From: an uncultured delta proteobacterium
GTDB taxonomy: Bacteria > Desulfobacterota > DSM-4660 > Desulfatiglandales > HGW-15
Direction of reading: 5' to 3'
NCBI GenBank assembly: GCA_963776085.1
Contig: CAVZMS010000079.1
Coordinates: 14,508 to 78,507, forward strand
DNA: 64,000 nucleotides
The notes under the pieces were generated by a model. That model saw only the letters and a program-made list of their open reading frames with translations. It was not told where the DNA came from and ran no database searches. A program made the position numbers and the translations under genes. Shown here piece after piece: positions 26,649 through 37,083 of the stretch. How positions within the stretch are numbered: position 1 is the stretch's first letter; each line of letters starts with the position of its first letter.

Positions 26649-28129
26649 CTACAATGCCGCCTCAATGGTATCACACAGGGTCTTCAGAACTTTAATGCGT
26701 GCATAATATTTGCTGTTGCCTTCAACTATTGTCCATTGAGCGATATCGGTACTGGTGCGATCTACCATATCGCAGACAGCCTGTTCATAAGCATCCCATT
26801 TCTCTCGGTTACGCCAGTCTTCCTCGGTGATCTTAAAGCGCTTGAACCCGATCTTCTCCCTCTCTTTGAACCGCCGAAGTTGTTCCTCCTTGCTTATAGC
26901 CAGCCAGAATTTGACGATCAGTATATTGTTCCTCACTCAGTTGTTCCTCAAAGTCATTTATTTCGCTGTATGCCCGCATCCAGTCCGCTTCCGAACAATA
27001 TCCTTCCACCCGCTCCACGAGTACCCGGCCATACCAGGTGCGATCGAAGATGGTAACCCTCCCTTTACCGGGCACATGCCGCCAGAAACGCCACAGATAG
27101 GGCTGAACCTTTTCCTCATCGGTGGGGGCGGCAACCGGGATAATGTTGTAATATCTGGCATCGAGCGCGGCCGTGACCCTGCGTATATTTCCTCCCTTGC
27201 CGCCCGCATCGGCACCCTCATAGGCCACGACGAGCGACATCCTTTTCTTGAACTCGGGGCTCCGCATGAGTATGTTCAGCCGACCCTGGTATTTCAACAA
27301 TTCTTTCTTGTATGCCGCCTTTGTCAATGTCAGGGACATGTCCAGTGACCTGAGCATATTGAGCTTGTCGACACGGGGAGGCAAAGGTGCCGTCACGACC
27401 GCTGCCGGAGGCTTTTTATACTCCAGCCGTTTACGCAGGGTTTCAAGCAGGATCTTGCCCACTGTAAGGCTGCGATAACGTGCATCGACCCCTTCCACAA
27501 TGATCCAGGGGGCTACACCGGTGCTTGTTTCACGCAGTGTATACTCCGACCACTTGCGGAACCTATCGTATATCTTGAAACGCTCCCAGTCTGTATCGTT
27601 CACCCGCCAGCGCATCTTCGGGTCTTTTTCCAGAGCCTTCAGGCGCTTCTCCTGGGCCTTTTTAGAGAGGTGAAACCAGAATTTGATGATAACCGCCCCT
27701 TCATCCGAGAGCATCTTTTCGAAACGGTTTATCTCATCGATCCTCTGGTCAAGCTCCTCTTTCTTGCCCTTCCCGACAACACGATTGATGATGGGGTACG
27801 TGTACCAGGACCCGAAAAATATCCCGATTTTGCCCTTGGGCGGCAGGGCCTGCCAGAAACGCCACATAGGCGGCCGCTCCTTTTCCTCCGGGTTCGGCTC
27901 TCCCATGGCATGGACCTGAATATTGCGCGGATCCATCCATTCGTTGAGCAGGTTAACGGTTTCACCCCTCCCTGCGCCGTCCACACCGCCCGCCAGTATG
28001 ATCACAGGGAAGGTAGCGGTTCTCTGCCAGATCGAACTGGGCATTGAGGAGGGCTTCCCTCAGTTCAGGCACTTCCTTTTCATAAGTCTCTTTGTCAATC
28101 TTGTGTCCAAGTTCCGCTGACTCAAACAT
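26649..28129 (-). pseudogene. ppk2: two-domain polyphosphate kinase 2 (PAP/class II-like), two frameshifts
   Basis: The true start appears to be MFESAELGHKIDKETYEKEVPELREALLNAQF at 28129 (GGAGG SD), with shifts near 28020 and 26900. The N-domain P-loop is degenerate (GVDGAGRGET); the C-domain P-loop is intact (GADAGGKGGNI). Confidence 0.85.
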
Positions 28130-28491
28130 TTCAACCTCCTTGGTCTTGAATTGTTCAAAAGTAAATATGATAAATGTTTTTTGTCAAAATATCAGAAAAA
28201 TATTTATTTGTAAATAAATATAAACCTTATGTTATCTATATTACTTCTTGCCAAGACGCTCCAAATGAATGCCTGCCCACCGCTCTGAACTTTTTTATAA
28301 AATGCGTTTTTACTATCTTCCGTCGCATGTGCACAAAAAATTGTGATCCATGCACAAAATTATATGCAATATCCTCCTCTCATGAAAATCATCACTTATC
28401 ATCCTTCGTTTATTCCATGCTTAAATGTAAATCGATTCTTTCTGATAACCTTATGAAATAATGAGGGAATCAGCTTTTTTGCCCATGATGG

Positions 28492-28985
28492 GGGACGTCC
28501 TTAAATAAGTAAATAACATGACAAGATTTTATTGATATGCTATTTATTAAAGCATGCTAAGACAATCTCGATTAGAAGCACCGGGGTTTTGCACCATGCC
28601 ATTATCAGGGGCATAGAACGCCGCAAGATATTCAGTGATGACAAGGACGGGGACAACTTTATTGAACGGCTTGATATCCTCCTGCCCAAAGCCCATATCA
28701 CATGCTATGCATGGGCTCTCTTATCCAATCATGCATATTTCCTATTCAAAACCGCAAAACCCATGAAAATGGGGACGGGAGCCGGATAATGGCAAGGGTT
28801 GATGCAAGGGGTTTATATTGCTACTGGGCGGCAAGAGAGCTGAGATATCCTTTGGCAGAACTTGCCAGAAGATTGAACATAAAGGCTCCCGGAGTTGTAT
28901 ATGCTGTCAGAAGAGGCGAAAGTATCTCCAAAGAGTCTGATTACAACTTGATAGATTGAGTTAGTTACTTAATTAAGGACGTCCC
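28492..28985 (+). mobile_element. decayed RAYT/IS200-like (Y1 HUH transposase) element bounded by 26-bp inverted repeats
   Basis: Left end GGGACGTCCTTAAATAAGTAAATAAC (28492-28517) versus reverse complement of the right end GGGACGTCCTTAATTAAGTAACTAAC (28960-28985): 24 of 26 identical. Confidence 0.7.
28532..28959 (+). pseudogene. REP-associated tyrosine transposase-like gene remnant (internal deletion)
   Basis: N-terminal piece LHHAIIRGIERRKIFSDDKDGDNFIERL..CYAWALLSNHAYFLF, where the HUH position reads HAY. The C-terminal piece in another frame is GLYCYWAARELRYPLAELARRLNIKAPGVVYAVRRGE (HTH). The catalytic middle is missing. Confidence 0.7.
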
Positions 28986-29330
28986 TCTCAAGCTCATAAA
29001 AAAAGTGCTAAAGACGAAAAAACTGTTTTTTAATACATTCGGATATGCTATAGGATCAATTTAATATACATATTCATTTATATTTAATTATTTGATTCCC
29101 CTATCAATTCAAACAAATGAAAATTGTAACCCAATTTCCTGTCCACTTTTAATTGGGACCATAAATCATCAGCGGGACTGGTAGAGCTAAATTGAAAATA
29201 GCTATTTATAAATGAGTACGATTCGTCAGATTTTTTGATCTTCAATATTATATCTACCGTATCATTTTCGTATAATATGTATTAAGACGTATCAGCAATT
29301 AAGCATAAAGAACACTTTCTTCCAGGAGGA

Positions 29331-31131
29331 ATGAAAATGTGGAAGACGATCAGTTCAGGGTTGGCCGGCGTTGAACCCGCCGTAAGACAATTTCTCCCAC
29401 CCTGTCAAATACGCTGCCCAATCAACGAGGATATCCAAAGGACTAATGTCCTTATATCCCTCCTTCCCGAAGACCCGGAATTGGCTACAGAGGGGATTAT
29501 CCAGATCGGTGATTATCTTTATGAGAAAAACCCCTTCTTTCCTGTATGCGGTTACGTGTGCGGTCTGTGTGAACTGGAATGCAATTATCAGTCAAAAGGA
29601 GGTGCTATAAGGAGGAGGCTCCTCAAGAGGTTTATCGCTGATACATACATCTATCATATGGATAAAAAAGAAGAACTTTCCATAGTAAAGAACAAGGAGA
29701 ATGTCGCGGTTATTGGAGGGGGGCCAGCGGGGCTCATGTGTGCATATGACCTCAGCAAACGGGGATACAGGGTCACTATCTTTGAGGCCTCAGATCGCCT
29801 GGGAGGGGCACTATGGTTGATCCCCCGATACCGGTTGCCGGAAAAGGTGCTTTCCTCCACCCTCGAGAATATCGTCAGGCTGGTTGGGGTGGATGTCAAA
29901 TACAACACCAAGATAGGCAGAGGGCAAGTTAAACCTGGAAAAGCTCAGAAATGAGGGATATCAGGCCGTCTTTATCGCAATCGGTACCCCGGCCCCCCGG
30001 ACCCTCACCTTTGGAAGGAAAGAGGTCAAGGGCCAGGAACTCTCCGGGGTCATGTACGGCCAGACATTCCTCTACGAGGTCAGCCACGGTAATATAAAGC
30101 CCAATTATTTTAAAGGGAAAAAGGTCATGGTTATCGGCGGCGGGAACGTTGCCTTTGATGTGGCCAGGACCGCGAGAAGGCTTGGGGGAGATACGAGCAT
30201 CATCTGCCTGGAATGTGAGGACAGGAATTCCATTGACCGGATACCGGCAGACTGGGATGAGATACGTGGCGCATGGGAAGAGGGGATAAAGATCATCTAT
30301 TCCAGGGGTGTGAGCCAGATAATAGAGACAGGCGAAAAAATGCTTAAGATCGAGTGTCCCAAATGCACCAGTGTTTATGACCCAGGTTTTAACCCTAAGT
30401 TCGATATGACGGACATGATCACACTTGAAGGCGATATACTGATCATCACGGTGGGGCAAGGGCCGGATATCCAGTCTCTTAAGAAGGAGGATCTTCTCAA
30501 CGAAAGGGGGCAACTTGCCATAGACCCGCTGACCCTCCAGAGCCTTAAAAAGGAATGGGTATTTATTGGAGGGGATGTGCGTAGGATAGGTTTCATGGTG
30601 GATGCCATGAAGGATGGACTGACTGCCGCCGAATCCATTGAGAGATATCTGAAAGGGCTGCATATCAGTGAGGGGAGAAAAAGGGATTTTGAGTCTCAGG
30701 ACATCCCTAGGAGGAGATCATATGAGGCAGAACCCGAGGTGCTGTGGATCCCGCCGGAAAAGAGGATGCACTTCCAGCTCTTCGAAAAGGGCTTCACCCT
30801 GACCGAGGCTATTGAAGAGGCCAAACGTTGCCTTACATGCGGCCCTTGTATCTCATGCAAGGCATGCCTCTCCGTGGGTATCCAGGAACAGATAGCCCCT
30901 GTCGAGGTGAATCCTGACCGGTGTTGCGGGTGCGGGATATGCGTTTCTGTCTGTTACTACGGCGCGGCCCTGTCAAAAGAGATTGAATCCAAGCGGATCT
31001 CCATAACAGATACGTTTAAATGCAAATCCTGCGGCATGTGCGTTGTGGCCTGCCCTTCCAATGCAAGGAAGCTAGTGGATGACAGTTTGGAACGAAGGAC
31101 AGAAGCAGTTTACGCTGCCCTTCAGGGATAA
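29331..31131 (+). pseudogene. GltD/NfnB/HdrA-like FAD/NAD(P)-dependent oxidoreductase with C-terminal 2x[4Fe-4S] ferredoxin domain, one frameshift
   Basis: N-terminal Cys cluster (CGYVCGLCELEC), dinucleotide folds VAVIGGGPAGL and VMVIGGGNVAFD, and C-terminal CCGCGICVSVC / CKSCGMCVVACP. The frame changes near 29925. Confidence 0.75.
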
Positions 31132-31146
31132 AGGAGGAGATAGGAA

Positions 31147-31541
31147 ATGGCTGCATTTGAACCCAAAATGGTTTGCTTTTCCTGCAATTTCGGGTGGGGA
31201 TACCTGAGCGATAAGATGGAGCTATCCTCAGGCATAAAGAACTGGATTCCTGAGATATGCAGTGGAAAGATCGACACCAAACACATTCTTAATGCCTTCA
31301 GGGCAGGAGCCGACGGTGTGCTCATCCTAGGGTGTCCTGAAGGACACTGTCATTTCCAGGATGGAAACTACCAGACCAGGAAGAAGGTCTATCTTATCCA
31401 GAAGGTCATGAGGCCTTCGGTATAGAGCCTGAAAGGCTGGGTATGGACATGTCCCGCGACCCGGAAGGTAAAAATATTCCCCAGCTTGTACAGGAGATGA
31501 AGGAACGTCTGGTCAAGCTGGGACCGATCAAGAGCATGTAA
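31147..31541 (+). pseudogene. mvhD: MvhD-like hydrogenase iron-sulfur subunit, one frameshift
   Basis: VCFSCNFGWGY..ICSGKID..GADGVLILGCPEGHCHFQDGN is the MvhD/HdrA-C-terminal-like fold. The tail EAFGIEPERLGMDM.. continues in another frame after about 31408. Confidence 0.75.
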
Positions 31542-31561
31542 CCCCATAAGGAGAGACTGAG

Positions 31562-32551
31562 ATGCCGCAGAAACCCAAAGTTGCCATCTATTGGTTGGGG
31601 GCATGTGCAGGATGCGATGAGGCCATCGTTGACCTGAATGAGGCGATTTTGCCGGTAACCGATGCGATTGATATTGTCCTGTGGCCGGTGGCCATGGACT
31701 TTAAGTATGAAAAGATACGTTCCATGGAAGACGGAGAGATCGCCCTGAGCATCCTGTCGGGCTCGGTCAGGAATTCCGACCATCAGGAGATGGCCGAGTT
31801 GCTGAGAAAAAAATCGCAAATGGTCCTTGCCTTTGGTACATGCGCCTGCTTCGGCGGGACCCCGGGTCTGGCCAACTTTACCACAAGAGAGGATATATTC
31901 AACTGGGTCTACAGGGATGCCCCGACCGTTGTCAATCCGAACAACTACTTTCCCTCAACCCGAGACCGATGTGAACGGTAAAACACTAACCCTTCCCGAA
32001 TTTTTCGAACATGTCTTTACGCTGAACCAGTTCATTGATGTGGACTACTACCTTCCGGGGTGTCCACCGCCGCCGGATTTGATCTCCAATGCCATCAATT
32101 CTGTCCTTTCCGGCGCATCTTCCGCCAAAGGGCTCCACCCTGGCGCCCAGAAAGGCCCTTTGCGATACCTGCCCGAGAAACAAGAGAAAACCAAGTCGCA
32201 TGGAGATAAAGAGATTTCAAGAGGATCCATGATGTGGATGCGGATCCCGGAAGCCTGTTTTCTGGCAGCAGGGAATCATCTGTCTTGGACCTGCAACCCG
32301 TACCGGCTGCGGTGAGAGCTGCATCACGGATAAATATCCCCTGCCGCGGGTGTTTCGGCCCTGTTCCGGGCGTCGTGGGCTCCGGCCCCAAGTTCCTGTC
32401 CACATTGACCTCTCTGCTTCAGGTTGAAAAAGATGAAGACATCAGAAGAGGCCATCGACTCGATAGATGATCCTGCGGGTATCTGTATCGTTTTACCCAG
32501 CCTTCATCCATCCTGGGAAGAAGAAGCCCTAAGAAACATATGGAGGATTAA
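31562..32551 (+). pseudogene. mvhG: [NiFe] hydrogenase small subunit (MvhG-like), at least six frameshifts
   Basis: Conserved pieces occur in alternating frames: WLGACAGCDEAIVDL, AFGTCACFGG, YLPGCPPPPDLI, LPPKGSTLAPRKALCDTCPR, QGIICLGPATRTGCGESC, IPCRGCFGPVPGV, YRFTQPSSIL. Confidence 0.8.
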
Positions 32552-32554
32552 AAA

Positions 32555-34022
32555 ATGCCGGCAAGAAAGATAACTATCGATCCCATCACACGCTTGAAGG
32601 TCACGGAAAGATAGAGATCTTCCTGGATAACAAGGGGAACGTGGAGGATGCCTTCTGGCAGGTTACCGAATTGAGGGGTTTTGAACGGTTCTGCATCGGA
32701 AGGCCGGCTGAGGAGATGACGAGAATCGTCCCCAACATCTGCGGCGTGTGCCCTTCGGCCCATCATATGGCCGCCATCAAAGGCACTCGACGATCTTTAC
32801 AACGTTGAACCGACGACGACTGCAAAGCTTATAAGACAACTGGAATTCAACGCCTTCTATATCGAAGACCACTACATCCACTTCTTCTTCCTGGCGGCGC
32901 CTGATTTCGTGGTAGGCCCGGACGCGGATCCCGCTGAAAGAAACATCCTGGGCGTGATTCGGCAGGTAGGAAAGGATATCGGATCCAGGGTTATTGAGGT
33001 GAGAAAAAGGAACCGGGAGATCATCAAGCTCCTCTTCAGCAAGGCGCCTCACCCGGAAGGGGGTCTGCCCGGCGGAGTTTCGAGAGGTGTCTCCCCGGAA
33101 GAGAGAAAATGGATCAAAGAAACTGCGGACTATTCCGTTGAGTTTGCACAGTTCGCCATCGAGTTGTTCAAAGACATCGTGCTGAGGAACAAGAAATATC
33201 TCGACCTGGTCCTAAGCGACGCCTACAGTCTAAAGACCTACTATATGAGCCTGGTGGACGAAAATAACAAGGTCAATTTCTATAATGGCATGGTCAAAGT
33301 CATTGATCCGAACGGCAACGAATTTGCCCGTTTTGAACCCCGGGAATATGTTGAACACATAGCGGAATGGGTTGAGCCATGGAGTTATATCAAGTTCAGT
33401 CACCTGAGAAAAATAGGATGGAAGGGACTTATCGAGGGTGATGGGACATCCCTGTACCGCGTTGCCCCTCTTGCCCGGTTGAATGTGGCGGACGGCATGG
33501 CCACTCCACTTGCAGAGAAGGAGTATGTGCAGATGTTCGACACCCTGGGAGGAAAGCCTGCCCATCACACACTGGCCATGCACTGGGCCAGGCTGATCTG
33601 CGCTCTTCAGGCAGCCGAGCACAATCAACTGATCGCAAGCGATCCTCTTCTAACCAGCAAAGATATCCGCAACATGAATCTGCGTTTAAAAAAGGTTGGC
33701 ATCGGCTGTGTGGAGGCCCCCCGGGGGACCCTCTTCCATCACTACGAGACCGACGACCGTGGTCATTTTGACCAAGGTCAATCTGATCGTGGCCACACAG
33801 AACAACGCCGGTCCTATCTCGTTGTCCGTCAAAAAGGCGGCCAAGGAGTTTATCAAGGGAGAAAAGGTCAAGGAAGGTCTGCTCAACAGGGTGGAGATGG
33901 CCTTCCGCGCCTATGATCCCTGCCTCTCATGCGCCACACATGCCCTGCCCGGCCAGATGCCCTTGACGCTCAATATCAGGAGCCCCGACGGGACCCTCAT
34001 CAGGACAGTGAAGAGGCCTTAG
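32555..34022 (+). pseudogene. mvhA: [NiFe] hydrogenase large subunit (MvhA-like, group 3), three frameshifts
   Basis: MPARKITIDPITRLEGHGKIE (shift near 32600), NICGVCPSAHH (shift near 32790), APRGTLFHHY (shift near 33760), C-terminal DPCLSCATH. The Ni-binding Cys motifs are intact. Confidence 0.88.
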
Positions 34023-34023
34023 A

Positions 34024-34474
34024 TTGAAGACCCTCATCCTAGGAATAGGCAATCCCATCCTGTGCGATGATGGGGTGGGATTACATATCGCCTCGGAATT
34101 GGACGGGGTCTTCGATGATATTGAGATTTCCACTACAACCATGATCGACCTTAATCTCCTTGATACGCTGGCTGATTACGACAAGGCTGTTCATCATTGA
34201 TGCGATCCAGACCGGAACCTCTTGCATCGGGACAGTAAAGAGACTTTCGCCGGGAGAAGGTTCATTGCATCTATCCTCCTCCCACGGCATACATTTTTTT
34301 GAACTCCTGCAACTGGGAAGGGATCTGGGTTACAGGATCCCAGAGATAGGCGGCATATATGGAATAGAGATAGGTGAAGGATCTATCTTTGGGACAAAAC
34401 TCTCTCCGGAGCTAATAAGCAAAAAGAAAGATATAGCTCATGAGATAATCGAGGATATAAGGAAAGAGTTATAA
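34024..34474 (+). pseudogene. hydrogenase maturation endopeptidase (HycI/HoxW/FrhD family), one frameshift
   Basis: LKTLILGIGNPILCDDGVGLHIA.. then, after a shift near 34190, IIDAIQTG..HLSSSHG. A TTG start lies immediately after the mvhA stop. Confidence 0.75.
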
Positions 34475-34482
34475 TATGTTCA

Positions 34483-34688
34483 GCCGGGGGCGGGGGTCTC
34501 TTTTCAGAGGCGAAAATATAAATTGCAAGGTAATTAGCATAAGTCGTACAAGGCGGGCGGCGAAGGGTAGATAGCAAATTAGCCTCAATGGAGGATTAGC
34601 TATCTAGCCAACTTCCGCCCGCCTTTGTACGAAGTTATGCAAAATTCCTTACATAATTCGCCTCTGAAAAGAGACCCCCACCCCCGGC
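34483..34688 (-). repeat. LHR family copy 3 (divergent, more symmetric)
   Basis: GCCGGGGGCGGGGGTCTCTTTTCAGAGGCGAAA ... TTCGCCTCTGAAAAGAGACCCCCACCCCCGGC. It fills the space between the convergent protease and hypB genes. Confidence 0.85.
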
Positions 34689-34701
34689 GAAGCAACCCGG
34701 G

Positions 34702-35358
34702 CTATTTTTTTTTACTTTTTACCTGCTCCCTCAGCCAATTATACCAGTCGCCAAGCCCCTCCCCTGTCTTGCATGAGATGCGGAATATGGTCAGATCCGG
34801 ATTGATCCTTTTGGATTCTTTCTCGATACGTTCTATACTGCAATCCACATAGGGGATTAGATCTATCTTGTTTATCAGGAGCACCTTTGATTTATGAAAC
34901 ATAAGGGGATATTTGGCGGGCTTGTCGTCTCCTTCCGTGACACTCAGCATCATTATCTTGAAATCCTCGCCCATATTAAATTCCGCCGGACAGACCAAGT
35001 TCCCCACGTTTTCGATCACAAGGAGTTGAAGTCCCTTGAAATCAAAATCCTTGAATGTATCCCTGATCATGTTCCCGTCCAGGTGACATTCACCTCCGGT
35101 ATTTATCTGTACAGCCGGCACCCCTTTCCTGGCCACCCTTTCCGCATCCTGTGATGACTGGATATCCCCCTCAATAATACCCATGCTGATCTCATCCTTC
35201 AGGGCATCGATACTCCTTTCCAGCAGGCTTGTCTTCCCGGACCCGGGAGCACTCATGAGATTGATCACCAGAAGATTATTCTCATTAAAAATCTCCCTGT
35301 TCTGTCTGGCGATCCTTTCATTTGCCTCAAGGATATCCCTTACTACCGGTATCTTCAT
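34702..35358 (-). CDS. hypB: hydrogenase nickel incorporation GTPase HypB
   Basis: 218 aa with P-loop SAPGSGKTSLL and ENVGNLVCPA motif; intact frame. Confidence 0.92.
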   Translation of the reverse strand: MKIPVVRDILEANERIARQNREIFNENNLLVINLMSAPGSGKTSLLERSIDALKDEISMGIIEGDIQSSQDAERVARKGVPAVQINTGGECHLDGNMIRDTFKDFDFKGLQLLVIENVGNLVCPAEFNMGEDFKIMMLSVTEGDDKPAKYPLMFHKSKVLLINKIDLIPYVDCSIERIEKESKRINPDLTIFRISCKTGEGLGDWYNWLREQVKSKKK

Positions 35359-35392
35359 ATTGTAACTCCTTGCTTCATTTAAGGGTTGGCAT

Positions 35393-35734
35393 TCAATCCA
35401 CCTCTATCTCCACGACAGTCAGGTCCTGTCCCGAGATAGTATCGATCTTTAGGCCTCCGCAAACAGGACATAAAAAGATATAATCTTTGATCTCGAATTG
35501 ACTTTTACAAGAACTGCAACGACCCATCAAGGGGATGCTATCAATAAACAGCCTTGCACCCTCTAAGTCTGTATCCTTTGTCATTATCTCGAAACAGAAA
35601 GAAAGGGCATCCGGCACAATTGAGGAAAATCGGCCAACATTGACATGAATAGACCTCAGGACCTTGGCGTTGTGCCTTCGCATCTCATCTTCAATGATAT
35701 CGATCATGCTCTGTGCTATGGACATCTCGTGCAT
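35393..35734 (-). CDS. hypA: hydrogenase nickel insertion protein HypA
   Basis: 113 aa with N-terminal MHE and a zinc site CSSC..CPVCG. Confidence 0.92.
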   Translation of the reverse strand: MHEMSIAQSMIDIIEDEMRRHNAKVLRSIHVNVGRFSSIVPDALSFCFEIMTKDTDLEGARLFIDSIPLMGRCSSCKSQFEIKDYIFLCPVCGGLKIDTISGQDLTVVEIEVD

Positions 35735-35735
35735 C

Positions 35736-36746
35736 TTAACAGATCCTCGGAAGCGGCTCTCCGGTCAACATATCCACTATCCTTGTGCCTCCTATCTTTG
35801 TCCTCATCAAGACAGACCCCGGGTTTTCAGAAATCACCTCGCCGATAATGACCGCATCTTCTCCATACCTGTCTTCTTTCATTGCCAAAAGGATCTCTTC
35901 GACATGATGCTTCCCCACAATGGCGAGCAACTTACCCTCGTTAGCGATATATAGAGGATCTAAACCCATCAACTCGCACAAGGCTTCAACCTGTGAATTG
36001 AGCGGTATCCTGTCCTCATATATAATTATCCCCACCTTAGAACTTAGTGCAATCTCATTCAAGGCTGTCCCCACACCACCCCTAGTCGGATCACGAAGTA
36101 CATGTATATCCTTGCTCGTTAAAAGCATCCTGTTCACCATATGGTTCAAGGGTGCCGTATCGCTCATAATAGACGATTCAAATGACATTCCGGCCCTTTG
36201 CGTCATGATTGTCATTCCGTGATCGGCTATGCTTCCGCTCAAGATGACCCTGTCTCCCGGCATTGCCCTATGACCTGCAATCTCTACTCCATCCGGTATC
36301 AATCCCAGACCGGATGTATTGATAAAGATCTTGTCCGCCGCCCCTTTTGGAACGACCTTTGTATCTCCCGTGATAATCTTTACACCAGCCTCACCGGCTG
36401 CACTACCCATTGCCTCTAAGATCCGTTTGAGTTCCTCCATGGGGAAGCCCTCTTCTATCAGAAGGCCCGCGCTTAGAAACAACGGAGTTGCACCGCACAT
36501 TGAAATGTCATTTACCGTCCCGTTGACAGCAAGCTCACCAATGTTTCCACCGGGAAAGAAGATAGGGTCAACCGTGAATGTATCGGTAGAAAAGGCGATC
36601 CTCATTCCATCTATCTCAAGTATGGCGCCATCGTCCAGTTGGGACAGAATGGGGTTATCGAACAAGGGAAGCATGATATCAGTAATCAGGTTGTGCGATA
36701 TCCTCCCCCCGGCGCCATGATCCAGCATGATCTTATCATCCTTCAT
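35736..36746 (-). CDS. hypE: hydrogenase expression/formation protein HypE
   Basis: 336 aa, PurM-like fold, C-terminal PRIC motif. Confidence 0.92.
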   Translation of the reverse strand: MKDDKIMLDHGAGGRISHNLITDIMLPLFDNPILSQLDDGAILEIDGMRIAFSTDTFTVDPIFFPGGNIGELAVNGTVNDISMCGATPLFLSAGLLIEEGFPMEELKRILEAMGSAAGEAGVKIITGDTKVVPKGAADKIFINTSGLGLIPDGVEIAGHRAMPGDRVILSGSIADHGMTIMTQRAGMSFESSIMSDTAPLNHMVNRMLLTSKDIHVLRDPTRGGVGTALNEIALSSKVGIIIYEDRIPLNSQVEALCELMGLDPLYIANEGKLLAIVGKHHVEEILLAMKEDRYGEDAVIIGEVISENPGSVLMRTKIGGTRIVDMLTGEPLPRIC

Positions 36747-36825
36747 TCGTCACTCCTCTTACCATTAGCTTATATAGTGAACGCATTAAATAATTGGTTA
36801 TATTGTCCTTCATCATTATCATATT

Positions 36826-37051
36826 ATGTCCGGCATGGGTCTCTTTTCAGAGGCGAAATGTTCAGTGCCCGGTATTTTTCATAACTCGTAGCAAAGGCGT
36901 GCAGAGGGCTTCCAGCGGACTAACCACGAAGGAGAGGCAGCTATCTACCAGGAACTTCGCCGCATTGCAATACCGCTTGAGTGACCATCTCCTTATGCCG
37001 GTTCCTTGCATATCATTTCTTCGCCTCTGAAAAGAGACCTATGCCGGACAT
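36826..37051 (+). repeat. LHR family copy 4
   Basis: ATGTCCGGCATGGGTCTCTTTTCAGAGGCGAAA ... TTCGCCTCTGAAAAGAGACCTATGCCGGACAT. It lies between hypD and hypE, antisense to them, and its 3' arm carries a small insertion. Confidence 0.85.
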
Positions 37052-37083
37052 CCATGCTCGCCTTTAAAAATATGGCTACTTGT

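Noticed and set aside
28174-28461. 95-aa ORF in the AT-rich spacer upstream of the RAYT-like remnant
   Set aside because: It lies in extremely AT-rich, homopolymer-laden sequence. It has no SD and no recognisable domain, so it is probably non-coding promoter or spacer DNA.
29929-30663. Long antisense ORFs opposite well-supported genes (29929-30663, 17478-17900, 26827-27348, 27670-28047, 4317-4796, 19661-20266, 31406-31819, 36319-36720, 61106-61537 and others)
   Set aside because: These are shadow ORFs, typical of GC-richer coding regions. Their translated sequences are low-complexity (Arg/Ser/Pro-rich), and the opposite strand carries clear conserved domains.
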